From Callorhinchus milii (taxonomy: Eukaryota), in the NCBI RefSeq assembly GCF_018977255.1, contig NW_024704742.1:23004001-23068000 (forward strand): a stretch of 64,000 bases of DNA, read 5' to 3'. Made by a program: the position numbers and the translations under genes. Below are positions 50,917-63,945 of the stretch, piece by piece; the stretch's first letter is position 1; each line of letters begins with the position of its first letter. The notes below the pieces were generated by a model that was not told the DNA's origin, made no database searches, and worked only from the letters and a program-made list of their open reading frames with translations.

Positions 50917-51200
50917 TGGAGTCCTATAGTATAATGGTTAGAGCATTCGCCTCGCAAACAAAAGGACCTGGGTTCAATTCCCGGGCAAGGCGAAACCTTA
51001 GGCAAGTTTCCTCACTCCACACACCTCTGTTTACCTAGCAGAAAGTAGAAACCAAGTTGTTAGTCGAGTGGTGGATCGATTTCCTCTTCTGTGCACATTT
51101 GGCTGCCACATTTCGTCCACAAAATATACGGTCAATTCACTTTACAGTATATTCTGTGAAGCGCTTTGAGATGTCGCAACCAAATGCAAGAGTTATTATT
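50917..51200 (+). mobile_element. SINE (long form) with internal deletions
   Basis: Head ggagtcctatagtataatggttagagc, then core and tail. Confidence 0.8.
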
Positions 51201-52121
51201 AACAACAAACAACACAAACAGGATCCCCAGAAATCATATTGTACGGTGCTCTGGTCAAGCAGCACCTGGAGTACTTAGTACAGTTCTGGTCAACGTGACT
51301 TAAAGGCTTCCCAGAACAATACTTTCTGATGCACCGAGAAAGTAGAACATGAGGACGCAGGATTAGCATTGCAAAGGGCAATTTCAGGACAGACATCAGG
51401 AAATAAATCTTTACCAGAGGGTAATTAATAACTAGAGCCAATTACCAAGAAGGTTGAGACCAGAACTTGGGATGCATTTAAAAAATAGTTTGATGTTGTG
51501 ATGGGAGAACAGTTGGGAGGATGCAATCAGTTGGCTTTGATGGGCCTTCTTTATCCAAACCTATCCTCTCTTCATTTGGATGAGGGAAGAATATTGGCCA
51601 AGGAATCAGATGAACTCTTTTCTATAAAATAGAGCCATGGGATGATTAACATCCACCCCAAGTGACAGATGGACCTATTGCATCTGAACCCATTTTATGA
51701 AGGTTTATGGAAACTTTATAAAATGAAGGCAATGCGTTGAACATCTCGTATTTGATGTGCTCTGAAATGATTGGTTTTGTACATATTTTGCAGCTCATTA
51801 ATTTTCTGAAATTCAGTTGCTCTTCTTTCAATTGATGTTTTGATTTTAAAAAGATAATACCGCACTTGAGTTTAATCTCAGTGCAGTGCTATTTGCTTAT
51901 TGCATCCTTTTTATCCTCTTTTAACAAATGGACATTGAAAGATCAAAATTTCCAACTGGGATACAACATTTCTGGTGGTCTAACTCATGCAGCCTTCCCA
52001 AGGAGACTACTTACAAGGGCATGGACCTTGTTCTGTGTCTGGTCACATGGGTCACATGTAAGTGTCAACTTGATAGAGCTCGCACCTCTGAATCAGGAAG
52101 GTTGGGGTTTCAAGCATGTTA

Positions 52122-52345
52122 GAATAATAATAATCCTTGCATTTGATATAGCGCCTTATCGCGTCATTGAGGAGTCTCAAAGCGCTTAATAGAATTATAT
52201 TGTAAAGTGAATTGACTGTACATTTTATGGGCAAAACACACAGGACACAGTATTGTCTCCCAAACAGTTGTGGATTGAATGACCAAATTGTTTTAATTTT
52301 TTGTTAATATAAGGCTTTATATCAAATGCAAGGATGATTATTATT
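52122..52345. mobile_element. SINE 3' half (-) abutting a SINE tail (+)
   Basis: ataataatccttgcatttgatatagcgcc on the left; ggctttatatcaaatgcaaggatgattatt on the right. Confidence 0.75.
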
Positions 52346-52936
52346 ACATATAAACTAATTTTAAAAACAAAACATAAAACACGTTAAAATATATTAATCA
52401 GTAAACAGGAGCACAAACTTGCTGAAGCTTCTTTAATGGTGTCTGTAAGGCAGATTGGTGTTTGGGGTCAGTGTACCCCAAATTGTCTACAAAACTAGTT
52501 GTGACAGAGAGGACTTAGAATTCTGATCAAATCACTTTCATCTGGATTTCAAATAGCACTTGTGTACATTGAGAAAAGTACCATGCAGTCTATTGTTCTT
52601 GTGCCAAGTACATTGAAAAGGGCTTCAATAATTCAAGAATGATCTTCTGCATTACTAAAGATGCTGCCATATGAAATCATTTTTTATTTCCAAAAGAAAA
52701 CTAGAGTCAGAGCCCAACACAATAAGCATTGTACTTAACCTGAGAACAATGAGGTCCAATCAAAGAAATGCCACCACGTTCAAGATTCAATCAAATAAAC
52801 ATTTAATGATTTGGGCTTTTCTCATTCACATTAAAGATAAACTGTTACATGTTCTCACAATGACTTTTGAACAATAATGCATTACATTTCTGAAACCGCG
52901 CTGAATTTTATATAATTCTTTGGATTATCTGTTTTA

Positions 52937-53335
52937 CAACAACAACAATTTACATTTATACAGTGCTTTCCATGTTGGAGGACATCTCAAAACACTTTAC
53001 AGAGCTTATGAGGTGGAGGGCCGGGAAGCTGAGGAGGTTAGATAGGCGGGGGAAAGGTGACCAAAAGCATGATCAAAAAGATAAGTTTTAAAGGTGGAGG
53101 CGAGAGGGTCTCTGGGATGGAATTCCACAGACTGGGGACAGAAAGGCTGAAAGCTCACCCACAGATAGTAGGGCGGATCAAGCAGAGAACATGAACAAGG
53201 TTAGCTGAGCTGCTGGGATAGTAAGATTGTAGGAAGTAAGGTTGTAGTGAGCCAGTGAAGCCCGTCCAGTGACCATGGGGGTGCCAGGCTCACAGAGCCT
53301 GTTGCGGCAGAGGACATGGATGGGTGAGTTCTAGA
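52937..53335 (-). mobile_element. Degraded L2 3' fragment
   Basis: (CAA)n tail; gggatggaattccacagactggggacagaaaggctgaaagc. Confidence 0.7.
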
Positions 53336-53719
53336 TCACACCACAGGTACACCATACTTTATTGCTGTGTTCTGAAAAATTGCAAATACAGTTGACAGAA
53401 AGATAGCACACAGAGAATAACAGAGAAACAGGTAAACCAATAATCCTCCCACTGTAGCTTTGGCCAGGGAACAGTTTATTGCAGGATATGAATTCATTCA
53501 GAATATCACTAATGTTGAGTGATGACTGACAAATAATATGGTTTCAATGTAAGAAGCCAAGCAACAACAGCTCACCCTCATTGTAACAAACACTTTTGAG
53601 ATGGAGCATTCCACTTCTCCCAGTCCTTGTCTAGTCACCCAGCTAAGAGCAATGAAATGCATTATCAGTGTGGAAGGCTGGATTGAGTGAAAGGCTTAGT
53701 TGAATGGATCTTCAACTAC

Positions 53720-54038
53720 TATCTTCGAGACGTCTCAAAGCGCTTCACGGAATATACTCCAAAGTGAATTGACTGTATAATTTGCAAGCAAAACACGGCA
53801 GCCAATTGCGCGCAGCAATGTCCCACAAACAGTCGTGGATTGAGTGACAATTTTTTCAAAGGGATTATTACCCCAGAAAAGCGATGTGCCAATCGACTAA
53901 CAACTGGGTTCTTGCCTCTATGAAAACAGAGGCGTATGGTGTAAGGAAACTTGCCCAATGTTGCGTCCTGCCCGGGAATCAAACCCAGGTCCTCTTGCTT
54001 GCGAGGCAAGTGCTCTAAGCACTAAACTACAGGACTCT
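53720..54038 (-). mobile_element. SINE (long subfamily), tail end missing
   Basis: Head to gagacgtctcgaagat present; no (ATT)n tail. Confidence 0.85.
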
Positions 54039-54188
54039 ATATTTTTTTTCTATCATTATTTTATTCTACCCATCAATAACAATACAGTTATGCTGTCTTC
54101 ACTTACATGCTAAAGAAATTGCAAGTAAAGCAAAAGTTTAGAAAATAACACAGGACTAAACCAGGGGACGAATGGTTGAGTATCCTGA

Positions 54189-54347
54189 CAGCATCTATGG
54201 CGAAAGGAAAGTGAAGTAATGTTTCAAGTCGATGACCTTTCGTTGACTCACTTTCCTCTCTCCATAGATGCTGCCTGACCTGCTGAGTGTTCCCAGCGAC
54301 TTCTGTTATTATTTCAGATTTTCAGCATCTGAGTATTTTGCCTTTTG
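54189..54347. mobile_element. Penelope-like palindromic repeat remnant
   Basis: Arms 54189-54221 and 54241-54273 are reverse complements, followed by agatgctgcctgacctgctgag...ttcagcatctg. The reverse complement of this 3' part recurs at 63946-64000. Confidence 0.6.
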
Positions 54348-54440
54348 GTTGATCTATTTTACCTGCCCAATTGCCCATTCAATTTCTTTAATGTATCTAC
54401 AGTAGAATGCTGCATAACTGCACATTAATGATCTGCGTTT

Positions 54441-54897
54441 GAGTTCAAGATCCTTGTCCTCACCTTTAAGGCCTCGAGTTCAAGATCCTCGTCCTCAGCT
54501 TTAAGGCCATCCATGGCCTTGCCCCCTCCTACATCTCTGACCTGCAGACTCCCTACTAGCCTGCCCGTTCCCTCCATTCATCGGGCTCCGGCTTGCTCCA
54601 TGTCTCCCGCCCAACCCGCCCTACCATCGCTGGCCGGGCTTTCAGCCTCTCTGCCCCTACACTCTGGAACTCCATCCCACGGTCGCTTCGCCTCGCTTCC
54701 TCCCTTGCCTCCTTCAAGGTGGGTCTCAAGACCTTTTTCTTTGACCGTACCTTTGGTCTCCCTCCCACCTCTCTGCCTTCCCTCACCCCTACACCACCCC
54801 TCCCCCATGCTTGGGCCCCGACACCTGACTGTTCAGCGCTTTGGGACATCCTCCCGACGTGAAAGGCGCTCTATAAATGTAATTTTGTTGTTGTTGC
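54441..54897 (+). mobile_element. L2 3' fragment with a 35-bp tandem duplication at its 5' end
   Basis: RAFSLSAPTLWNSIP...FKVGLKT; (TTG)n tail; gagttcaagatcct..tttaaggcc occurs twice. Confidence 0.88.
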
Positions 54898-55129
54898 TGC
54901 GTGTTTGGTTATCCACATTGGGTCTCCAATGTTAAAGTGAACCCAGATTGTGATGTCAGCAAAAACATTTTAAGTGTGTGAGACAGGTAGACACATACTT
55001 AGTTAGATTGGTACAGAAAGAGAGACAGGCACAAACACACATGATATCTGCACTGTTTTCACATTCACAATAGATTCAGTCCTAATTAGTGTGGATATTT
55101 AATGTTTCTTAAATCTAGCAAACTTTTTT

Positions 55130-55450
55130 AGCTTTGGGTAAGAGGGACCTGATTCACAACTCTAAGTTAATTGGTAGGTTTAAACATCAGGATATCAGCT
55201 ATTTGTTCTAAATTGAAACTCCAGTGCGATACTGCAGGAGGATTACATATTTAGCGATAGCAGCAATCAAATGCGACTCTAAAGTGATGTTTCACCTGCC
55301 TGTTGAAGTAGATGTTAAAGATCCCATGACACTATTCAAAAAACGGAAGGGAATTGTTTTTCTCTTCTAACGGTCAACTTAACAGTAATTACCTGTGAAG
55401 TGCTTTGAAATGTTTCAATAAGATAAAGTGCTAAAATGCTAAAGAAATGT
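55130..55450 (+). mobile_element. Degraded Deu-type SINE fragment
   Basis: actccagtgcgatactg and gtagatgttaaagatcccatgacactattc match the element at 27.3-27.5 kb. Confidence 0.55.
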
Positions 55451-57287
55451 TTCTGTTTGTGCATGAATATCGCATGACCAATCGCGAAAAGTAACATCAA
55501 TAGTAAGAGACTAATAAAAGATCGGATAGTCAATGCTATTCCACAGACACCCTGTGACTATGGAGGGGGTGGGAGGGGGGTCTAACATAACATGACTATG
55601 GGGGTCTCACATAATGTTATCACTAAAAGAAATGTGACTTGACTGTCTAAATAAATGAGATTTCCCGCCATTATTAGTATTTAGTGGAAGAGATAGGTGA
55701 TGAGTGTACGCTGAGCTACCTATATCTGTTGTAGATGTCACTAATTAATTATGAACAGTAGTCAAGACAAAAATGGGTGTTGCAATGATAAATAGCTCCT
55801 TGGTGGGGATTTTAATACAAGAAAAACAATATTCATGCTGGCAATAGAAATAAAGAGCTTGACCAGCACTATTTCCACCAGTATTCTCCTTGTTAAATCC
55901 ACAATCAACTGTAAAACTGTCCCATAGCTCATTTGACCTGATGACTCCTGCAGAAGCCAAGGATTGATGGGAGCTGAGACTGGTTTTCAATTTCTCAAGA
56001 TGAATGCATAACATATTCCACATATTAAGATAAAAATAAGACAAAGATAAACATATTATCCAAGAAAAATCCATTCAGCCAAAGTTATTTTTACCACAAA
56101 TTAGTCATCTTACAAAAAAAACTGTTTGTTTATTTCTTCATGAGAAACCGTGTAGCAATTAAATATCCACAATAATACTTCACAATAGCCCTAAACTAGT
56201 TTTTAAATATGTACTGCAGAGATTTGCAAGATCCTCATTTCTTTTCTTTTGTAAGAATACATAACACTTATCTAAGAATCAATGAAGACACTTGCATGAA
56301 GTCACGATTGATAAATGAATGTGTTTAGGAAATATAGTTCATAAGTCAGATGAAGTTGCTAACAAGGGGATCCTAAGCATTAACATGATCTCAAGAGAAA
56401 AACACAGCATTTCACTCTGCAAAATAAATAATAATAATAATCCTTGCAATTGATAACACACTTTATTACGTCATTGAGATGTCTCAAAGCGCTTCACAGG
56501 GTATACTGTAAAGTTCTGACGAAAGGTCATTGGCCTGAAAGAGTTCCGCAATGGGCTGTGAAATGTGGTTAATGAAAGTCAATGAAGTGTGCCTGGAAAT
56601 TGGCTGCTGATTATTCTCAACTTTAGGGCAATGATCACTTATTTCACCCTGTGCAACTGAAGCTTGCCGGAGCTGTTCATCAAAAGCCAATTTGATGCCT
56701 CTACATTTGCCAATGCTGAGCAACATAGAGCACTTGAGACCAAATTCAATGATTGTGATCAGAGTAATACTGTAACCCCCTCCAAGTGATCCTAGCAATG
56801 AAGATTTGTTTTAATACCCAAACGTATCCTCAGAGATAGCATAAGACATTTTATGTCATTTCATCCATCTGGAGATTCAATTAGATTTGGATGAAGAAAA
56901 TCCTTCAGCCCATTTGATCTCATCTTTCCAGGTGAACCACCTTACTGTATTTTCGTTACAGTACCAAGCTCTGTCTTGAATGAGACCAACATCCTAGTTT
57001 CACCAGCCTCACTTGTGAAGTTCTACCCAGGTTGAAACATTTTGCCTGACATTCCACTGTACCTGATAGTGAATTATTTTACTTAATGTAAAGTATTGGG
57101 ATGCGTTGGAGCATTGGTGATTTGATGAATGATTGTACACAGGGCGAATTGACCAATCCCTCCTACATCACCCTAGAAAATGAACCAGACTAATAAAAGT
57201 TCAACACTCCAATGACCTCACTCAAACACCCAAGCACTACTATTTTTAAATTCATGACAGATAAATCAACAAGCTCAGTAATGGTGC

Positions 57288-57650
57288 AATAATAATAATA
57301 ATCGTTGCATTTGATATAGTGCCTTATCATGGCTTTGAGAGGTCTCAAAGCGCTTCACAGAATATATTGTAAAGTGAATTCACTGGATATTTTCTGCGCG
57401 AAACGCGGCAGCCAATTGCCCACAGCAGTGTCCCACAAACAGTTGTGGATTCAGTGACCAATTTATTATTTTTTTGAAGGAATTATTACCCCCAGAAAAG
57501 CAATCCGCCATTCGACTAACAACTGGGTTCCTACTTACTGTTATGTAAACAGAGGCGTGTGTAGTAAGGAAACTACCCCAACGTTTCACCCTGCCGGGAA
57601 TCAAATCCAGGTTTCTCGCTTCCGAGGCGAGTGCTCTAACCATTGAGCTA
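57288..57650 (-). mobile_element. Near-full-length SINE (long subfamily)
   Basis: Homologous throughout to 49318-49687. Confidence 0.88.
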
Positions 57651-59391
57651 ATGATATCCTTTGGCACCTTAAAACCATTGTAAAATATTATAGTCCATTA
57701 AGTCCAAATAATTTGATCTCTGATGGAAAAGTCACCTCTCAGGTAATTCCTCCCACTTTTGTGATCCTTGTGCGCAATTTTCTTTCCCAGTCTGCTTGGG
57801 ACTTTGATTCACAGTGCTTTGAATCCCCCTTCTCAAATAGCAAGACACCCACGATGCAGCACCTATGAGTTCTTAAAATGCCCATCTAGCACAGAAGCAT
57901 TGTAAGAACTTTGTGTGGGAGATAAGCCATGCAACTTTACTCTTAAACGTGACATGTAAGACAGCAGAAAAGTTGTTGAAACTTATGTTAGTAATGCTTT
58001 TGGAACAGAAGATTGATCTGTTTGCTGATTTTTTGTTGAAAGTTTGGCCAAGTCTGGGTGAAATTAAAGCACCTGCACTAAGTTTAGTGCCAATGGAATT
58101 TTAACCAAATAAACAGGTTAGTGAATGTTCCGACAATTTAAATATGGAATTAAATGTTTTCACAACCTCATTATTAAATTTAGCACTGCTTAAAAAAACA
58201 ACAAATTACATTTGTAGAACGCCTTTCACGTCGGGAGGATGTCCCAAGGCGCTGAACCAGGGTGGAATAAATTACCGGGTACTAAATTAAGAAAAGTTTT
58301 ACTGTAAAATCAGATATTCCGCAAATTTTTATGTACCACTGCTATGTAATTGGAATTTTACTCCAATTCCCAGGATATACTTCCATAGTTTACTTTAACA
58401 TTTAATGTGTTTTTCACCACGTCTTATTATATTTATTTTAACTGCATGTGGATTGGTGATGATTCCATTTAATAAATAAATGATTCTTTTAAAAGCGCAA
58501 CGTTCAATCAATTATCAAATCACTTTGGATGCCTTTAATTCTGCCATTTTTTTCCGTAAAACGACTACGTGTTTTCCTCACAATCCTAGGACAATACTCT
58601 TTTTGTTTCACATTTTGTTTCAGCATTTGGTTAAAATCACAGCAGTAGGCAGGGGGAACTTCTTAATACTTAATACTGACTTGCCCTGCTGTTACTTGTA
58701 ACATAGTCTTAGATCACCTCCCATTCTATACTGTAGACATTGAGTATTTTTTTAATGTAACTGAGCACCGCTGTGTGACTTCTGACTGCAAAAATGTGTG
58801 TATGTACTTGATGAGTTGATGCACGTCCAAGTACAGTATGACGTCCAAGAGCAACAAAAGGCCTCCCAGTGAATCAAAGCCAAAACTAAACTAGTTATTT
58901 GCCTTCAACGGTTCAAATGCCAGATTGAAAACCTGGCTTAGTCCTCACTTTTTGATTTGCCACCAGGGAAAGAAAAATCCCTTATCCAGACTCAAAGCTA
59001 ACAAAGCCTGGCTTCACATTAGTTTAATGAATCAGCTAAATGTAGATAAATGAAGGCTGTACAATGGAAAACAGATGATTACTCTCTTATTCTTTGCATG
59101 AAGATCTCATACCTCACATTTCTTTGGTGGGATCTCCTATCATTGATGAGTTATATTAAAAAGTATATTAAACATCTTATTGATGAACTATATTAAAAAA
59201 TATATTAAAAAATGCTTTAATTAAGCATTTTTAATTAAAAAGGTATGCATGGTATTCTGCAACAAAGTAGCGACAGAGGTTACGCACCCTTATAATAATA
59301 ATCCTTGCATTTGATATAGCGCTTTTCACGTCGGGAGGACGTCCCAAAGCGCTTCACAGAACACATTATTATTATATCACAATATTATTAT

Positions 59392-60372
59392 CGTGGACCA
59401 CTCCATCCTCCTCCACCGCCTCTCCTCTCACCTCAACCTTCAAGGTTCTGTCTCCAATTTGTCTCCACCAATGGTTTCTCCTCCAGTCACCACACAGTCT
59501 CGTGAGGTGTTCCTCAGGGCTCTGTCCTCGGTCCCCACCTCTTCAATCCTGTACATGCTCCCCCTTGGAGACATCACCCACTCATGGAGGCAACTTCCAC
59601 ATGTACGCGGATGACACCCAAATCTATCTCTCTGCCTCCACCCTCAATTCCAAGCCAGTGAGGAATCAGGGCGTCTTGTTCGACCCTCAACTACTCTTTC
59701 TCCCCCATATCCATGCCATAACCCGCTCTTGCCTTCACCCACCTCCGTAACATTGCCCGACTCTGCCACTGCCTCATCTCTCAGACCGCCGAAACCTTCA
59801 TACACGCATTCGTCACCTCAAGACTCAACTGTAGAAACTCCCTCCCTCCTTGTTGGTTTCCCCTATTCTTCCTCCACAAGCCTCAGATCATCCAGAACTC
59901 TGCAGCTTGTGTCCTCTCCCGCACTGACTCCATAACCCCATCACACCCACTTTGTCTGGCTCCACTGGCTCCCCATCCCTCAGAGGATCGAGTTCAAAAC
60001 TCATCCTCACTTTCAAGGCCCTCCATGGCCTTGCCCCTTCCTACCTCTCTGACCTGCTAACCACCTATCAACCTATCCGCTCCTTCAGTTCAGCAAGCTC
60101 CGGCCTGCTCCATGTCTCCCGCCCGATCCGCCCTACCATCAGCAGCCAGGCTTTCAGCCTCTCTACCCACACCATTTGGAATTCCATCCCACAATACCTT
60201 CGCCTTGCTGTCTCCCTTGGCTCCTTCAAGGCGTGACTCAAGACCCTCCTTTTTGACCATGCTTCAGCCACCCTCCTACCTCTCTGCCCTCTCTCACCCC
60301 AACCCTGATCCCCGACTGTTGGGACATCCTCCCGACGTGAAAGGTGCTTTACAAATGTCATTTTGTTGTTGA
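59392..60372 (+). mobile_element. L2 3' fragment with internal deletions
   Basis: [30 protein letters not shown]; tail gggacatcctcccgacgtgaaaggtgc...ttgttgttg. Confidence 0.88.
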
Positions 60373-60481
60373 CGTAGAGACATGATTTATACCTCATCGG
60401 AAAGGTCTTGCACAGGGGAGTGTCATAGGCATATTTTTTTCAGGGATTTCCTATCATGACCTAAACAAGCTCATCACAACA

Positions 60482-60800
60482 AGGAGTCCTCCCAACATGA
60501 GTCCTCCCACAGGAGTCCTCCCAACAGGAGTCCTCCCAACCAGGTGTCCTCCCACAGGAGTCTTCCCAACAGGAGTCCTCCCAACAGGATTCTTCCCAAC
60601 CAGGTGTCCTCCCAACAGCAGTCCTCCCAACAGCAGTCCTCCCAACCAGGAGTCCTCCCAACCAGGAGTCCTCCCAACCAGGAGTCCTCCCAACCAGGAG
60701 TCCTCCCAACCAGGAGTCCTCCCAACCAGGAGTCCTCCCAACCAGGAGTCCTACTACAGGAGGCCTCCCAACCAGGAGTCCTCCCACTGAGTCCTCCCAA
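60482..60800. repeat. Minisatellite, 15/16-bp unit (C)CAGGAGTCCTCCCAA, about 21 units
   Basis: Directly visible; a homogeneous 16-mer block at about 60646-60751, with variant units on the flanks. Confidence 0.95.
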
Positions 60801-60977
60801 AAGGATATGTGTGCAAATATGTGAACAAGGGATGCTAACGAGTTCCTAGTCTTAAGGGATAAAGATGCCTAAGAAGCGAAGATCAAGCCTTTCAAGGACA
60901 AATTAAAATGCCAGACGAAAGAGAGAAGGCCGATTAAATTAAATTGGTTGCAAGTGTAGCTGGGCATAGCTAGTATA

Positions 60978-60983
60978 ATATAT

Positions 60984-61018
<35 letters not shown>
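60978..61018. repeat. (TA)n(CA)n microsatellite
   Basis: Directly visible. Confidence 0.9.
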
Positions 61019-61019
<1 letters not shown>

Positions 61020-63945
61020 TGGTGTGGTACAATCTCTACCAAGGACAGTTAACAAGTATAAACACCAGAGGCTGTGAGCCTTTGGACTAAAAATTGAATG
61101 GGAGTTTGACAGGGCTCGATCTATCAGACAACCCTGTCAAGTCTCGGTTTTGTACCTCTGAAGCTGGGTTTGAGCCAATGTAAATCACTTAAAATGTACA
61201 GAATGTACAGAACTAGTCAGTCCACAGAGATAGTAATCTCTGGAGACCTGCCAATTAGCCATTCTAAAGATTAATTAATGATAGGGGCTGTTCTGCTTTG
61301 GTAGCAAAATTAAGTGCTTTCATTTTGAATTTCTAAAGATAAGCTGTTTTTAATGAATCACTAATAGCGACCCAGTCCGTTTTTTTTGATTTACTGGTTG
61401 GACAATTCATTCTTGTTAGTGAATATATTATGTTCAGGAAGGAGTCAGTGACAATGTCTAATAATCTTAGTGCTCCCCTTGTAGTATTTCAGATACTGAT
61501 CAACGATGATCAACCATGATTGCTTGGTAAAACTGTACTCTATTGTTAGTTTATTATATAGAGAATGATAGAGAGCTGGGACTTATTACAACCAACCTGA
61601 TCAAAAGGATTATCAACCTGGCCAAACTGTTAACTGCAAGAGAAACAATTCTTTCAGAATTTTTTCCTCTAGGTAGTTCGGCAAATTTGAAGAGTTGTTC
61701 TTGCCAAACAAATCATGTCTAACCATATTAGAAATAACAGCACAATAGTCTCCAAAGACACTACGATTAATATTGTTTCCCAAAGTGTATGACATGTTTT
61801 TGCAGCTAGCCTTGCTGGCTGTCAGCTGAGAGCAGTCTCTGAAGGATTCAAAACTGATGCAGTTAAAAACTAATGCAATTATTCCACAGTTAAGGACATC
61901 TTTTTGGATTCAGAGCAGGCTGTTCACCCCACTGAGCCCCACCTTCAACAGGCAATATACAATTCCTGTATCATTGACTCTGCCTGTTCATACCATTTAT
62001 TATTTTTATATTATTTAACATCTTGAGATGAATTGCCCTTGATAAGATTTCAAGGAAGATAAAGCTCTATTACATTTCACCCTTCTGTCTGAGGTTATTT
62101 AGAAAATGACTGGACGTCTATTGAAGATTACAAGAACCATTATTCGGGCCATTCCAGCTGTTTTCTAGACAATATTTCCACATCCTCAGCAGTATCATCA
62201 TAAAGCCTTACCAGATGCAATATTAAGATAGGGTGGAGATTCTTGCGGTTATAATCACCAGTACGAACTGGTTGGGCAGTGGCCTGCTTCTGGGCTGCAC
62301 ATTCTTTGTAAATGTTTGTAACTGCTTTATGTTGGAGTACGTGTACACATTTAGACATGGGAACATTTTTTTCCCCTAAACTCTAGTCGCACTTGAGGCT
62401 GGTTCGTATCATATTTTAAGTTAAATAATCCATTCAAAATCCACAATTTCCACACCTTTTAGTATTTCCCAGTCTTGGGCTTCTCAATATTATCTCCATA
62501 AAAGACAAGTTCACTTCTGTGTACTTTTTAAAAAATATAACTTAGACCTTAAATCTGTAGAATCATTGTTGCTTTTCCCGATTTCTCTCCACATCCACTG
62601 ATAAACTTTTGAGAGGAGGGTGAGCAAATGTGTTCACTACATTTCAAATGTGATTCTGGCCAAGGAGTAAATTAACCGGTTGCAGATTTTCCTCAAATGC
62701 ATCCAACATGTATTCCAAAAGTTAATCGGTTATGTGGATCAATCACTCACATTGACACAATCCTTTGAGAGAATGGCCAATAATGACCAACATTTTTCCT
62801 TCCTTGCTAATGAACTTCCATTTACTGAACTCATGCAATGTGCAGATTACCATTCATGTGCCATGCCTTAATTTCCCCCTCGGGCCCCAAAACAACCCTG
62901 GTAATATAGATATATTTTTAAAAATCTTTTATTTTAAAGGAGATTAAATTTGGAATGATTTGGAACCATCCAAAAGAACAAGTATCTACATCTCTCTTAC
63001 CGATTACTCAATATTCAGACCACCACATATGTAAATGTGTTCAGTGATGGGCTGGGTATATGGGAAATCATGAAATTTACCGAGCGCCCACGTAAACGTC
63101 TCCTGATTTACCACCTTGTGCAATCTAGTTGAGAAGTTCCATGTAAGCCCGAATTTGTAAACACACGGATGTTCTATGCTTTTTGGTGCCCCCGTCCCCC
63201 ATGAATGAACCACCCCCCCATTTTACATGACAATCCCGAGCCGTTCTGGGCTGCCAATCCGCAACTGACTGTGTTACATTCAGCTTTTCTTGGGAGAGGT
63301 TGAAACTGTGGCGATGAATATACATCATTCGATATACTGCTTCTATTTTTCATACAGCAAGGCTGACTCTTAACATCGCTTGTTCGGAGAAAAATAGAGC
63401 TAGTTACATGATGACACTGTGTTACCAAGCATTTCGGTGTTTGCTTTTAGAAATAATCAAGTTTTAATAAGTTTCAATAAAATGGAAGTGCACTAAAACT
63501 GTGTGTTTGTGTTTGAAATGGGGAGTATTGTATTAATGAAGTGATTGTCACAGTCCTATACCCGATCTGTAGGCTGAGCTGCACAGCAAGAGAGCCTGAG
63601 ATAAGGTGATTTCACGCCATTATCAATTATGCCTATGGTTAACAATGTGCTGTGGGGGGTAGAAGGGGAGAAAAAGCGTATAACATACCTTTATAAGAAA
63701 GCAAATTCCCTCAAAAACACAAAATATATTTTCTTACCGTTATAAATAATGCTAGGTCGCTGTTCATAATTTTCACTCAGTTATTTAAACTCTCGGTAAT
63801 AAATGTAAACCATGGAAGTAATGTTATCTGAGCTCCTTGATTAAATTACCATTTCAGACTTTACTGACCATCACATCTATTTAGGTGTTCAACTTTATCG
63901 GTCTTATTAATTACAGTATCTGTTTTAATAAATAACATAAATGAC

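Noticed and set aside
60454..60849. Five overlapping ORFs of 95-108 aa; CRISPR-like appearance
   Set aside because: These arise from a stop-free minisatellite. There are no unique spacers or cas genes, and the context is eukaryotic.
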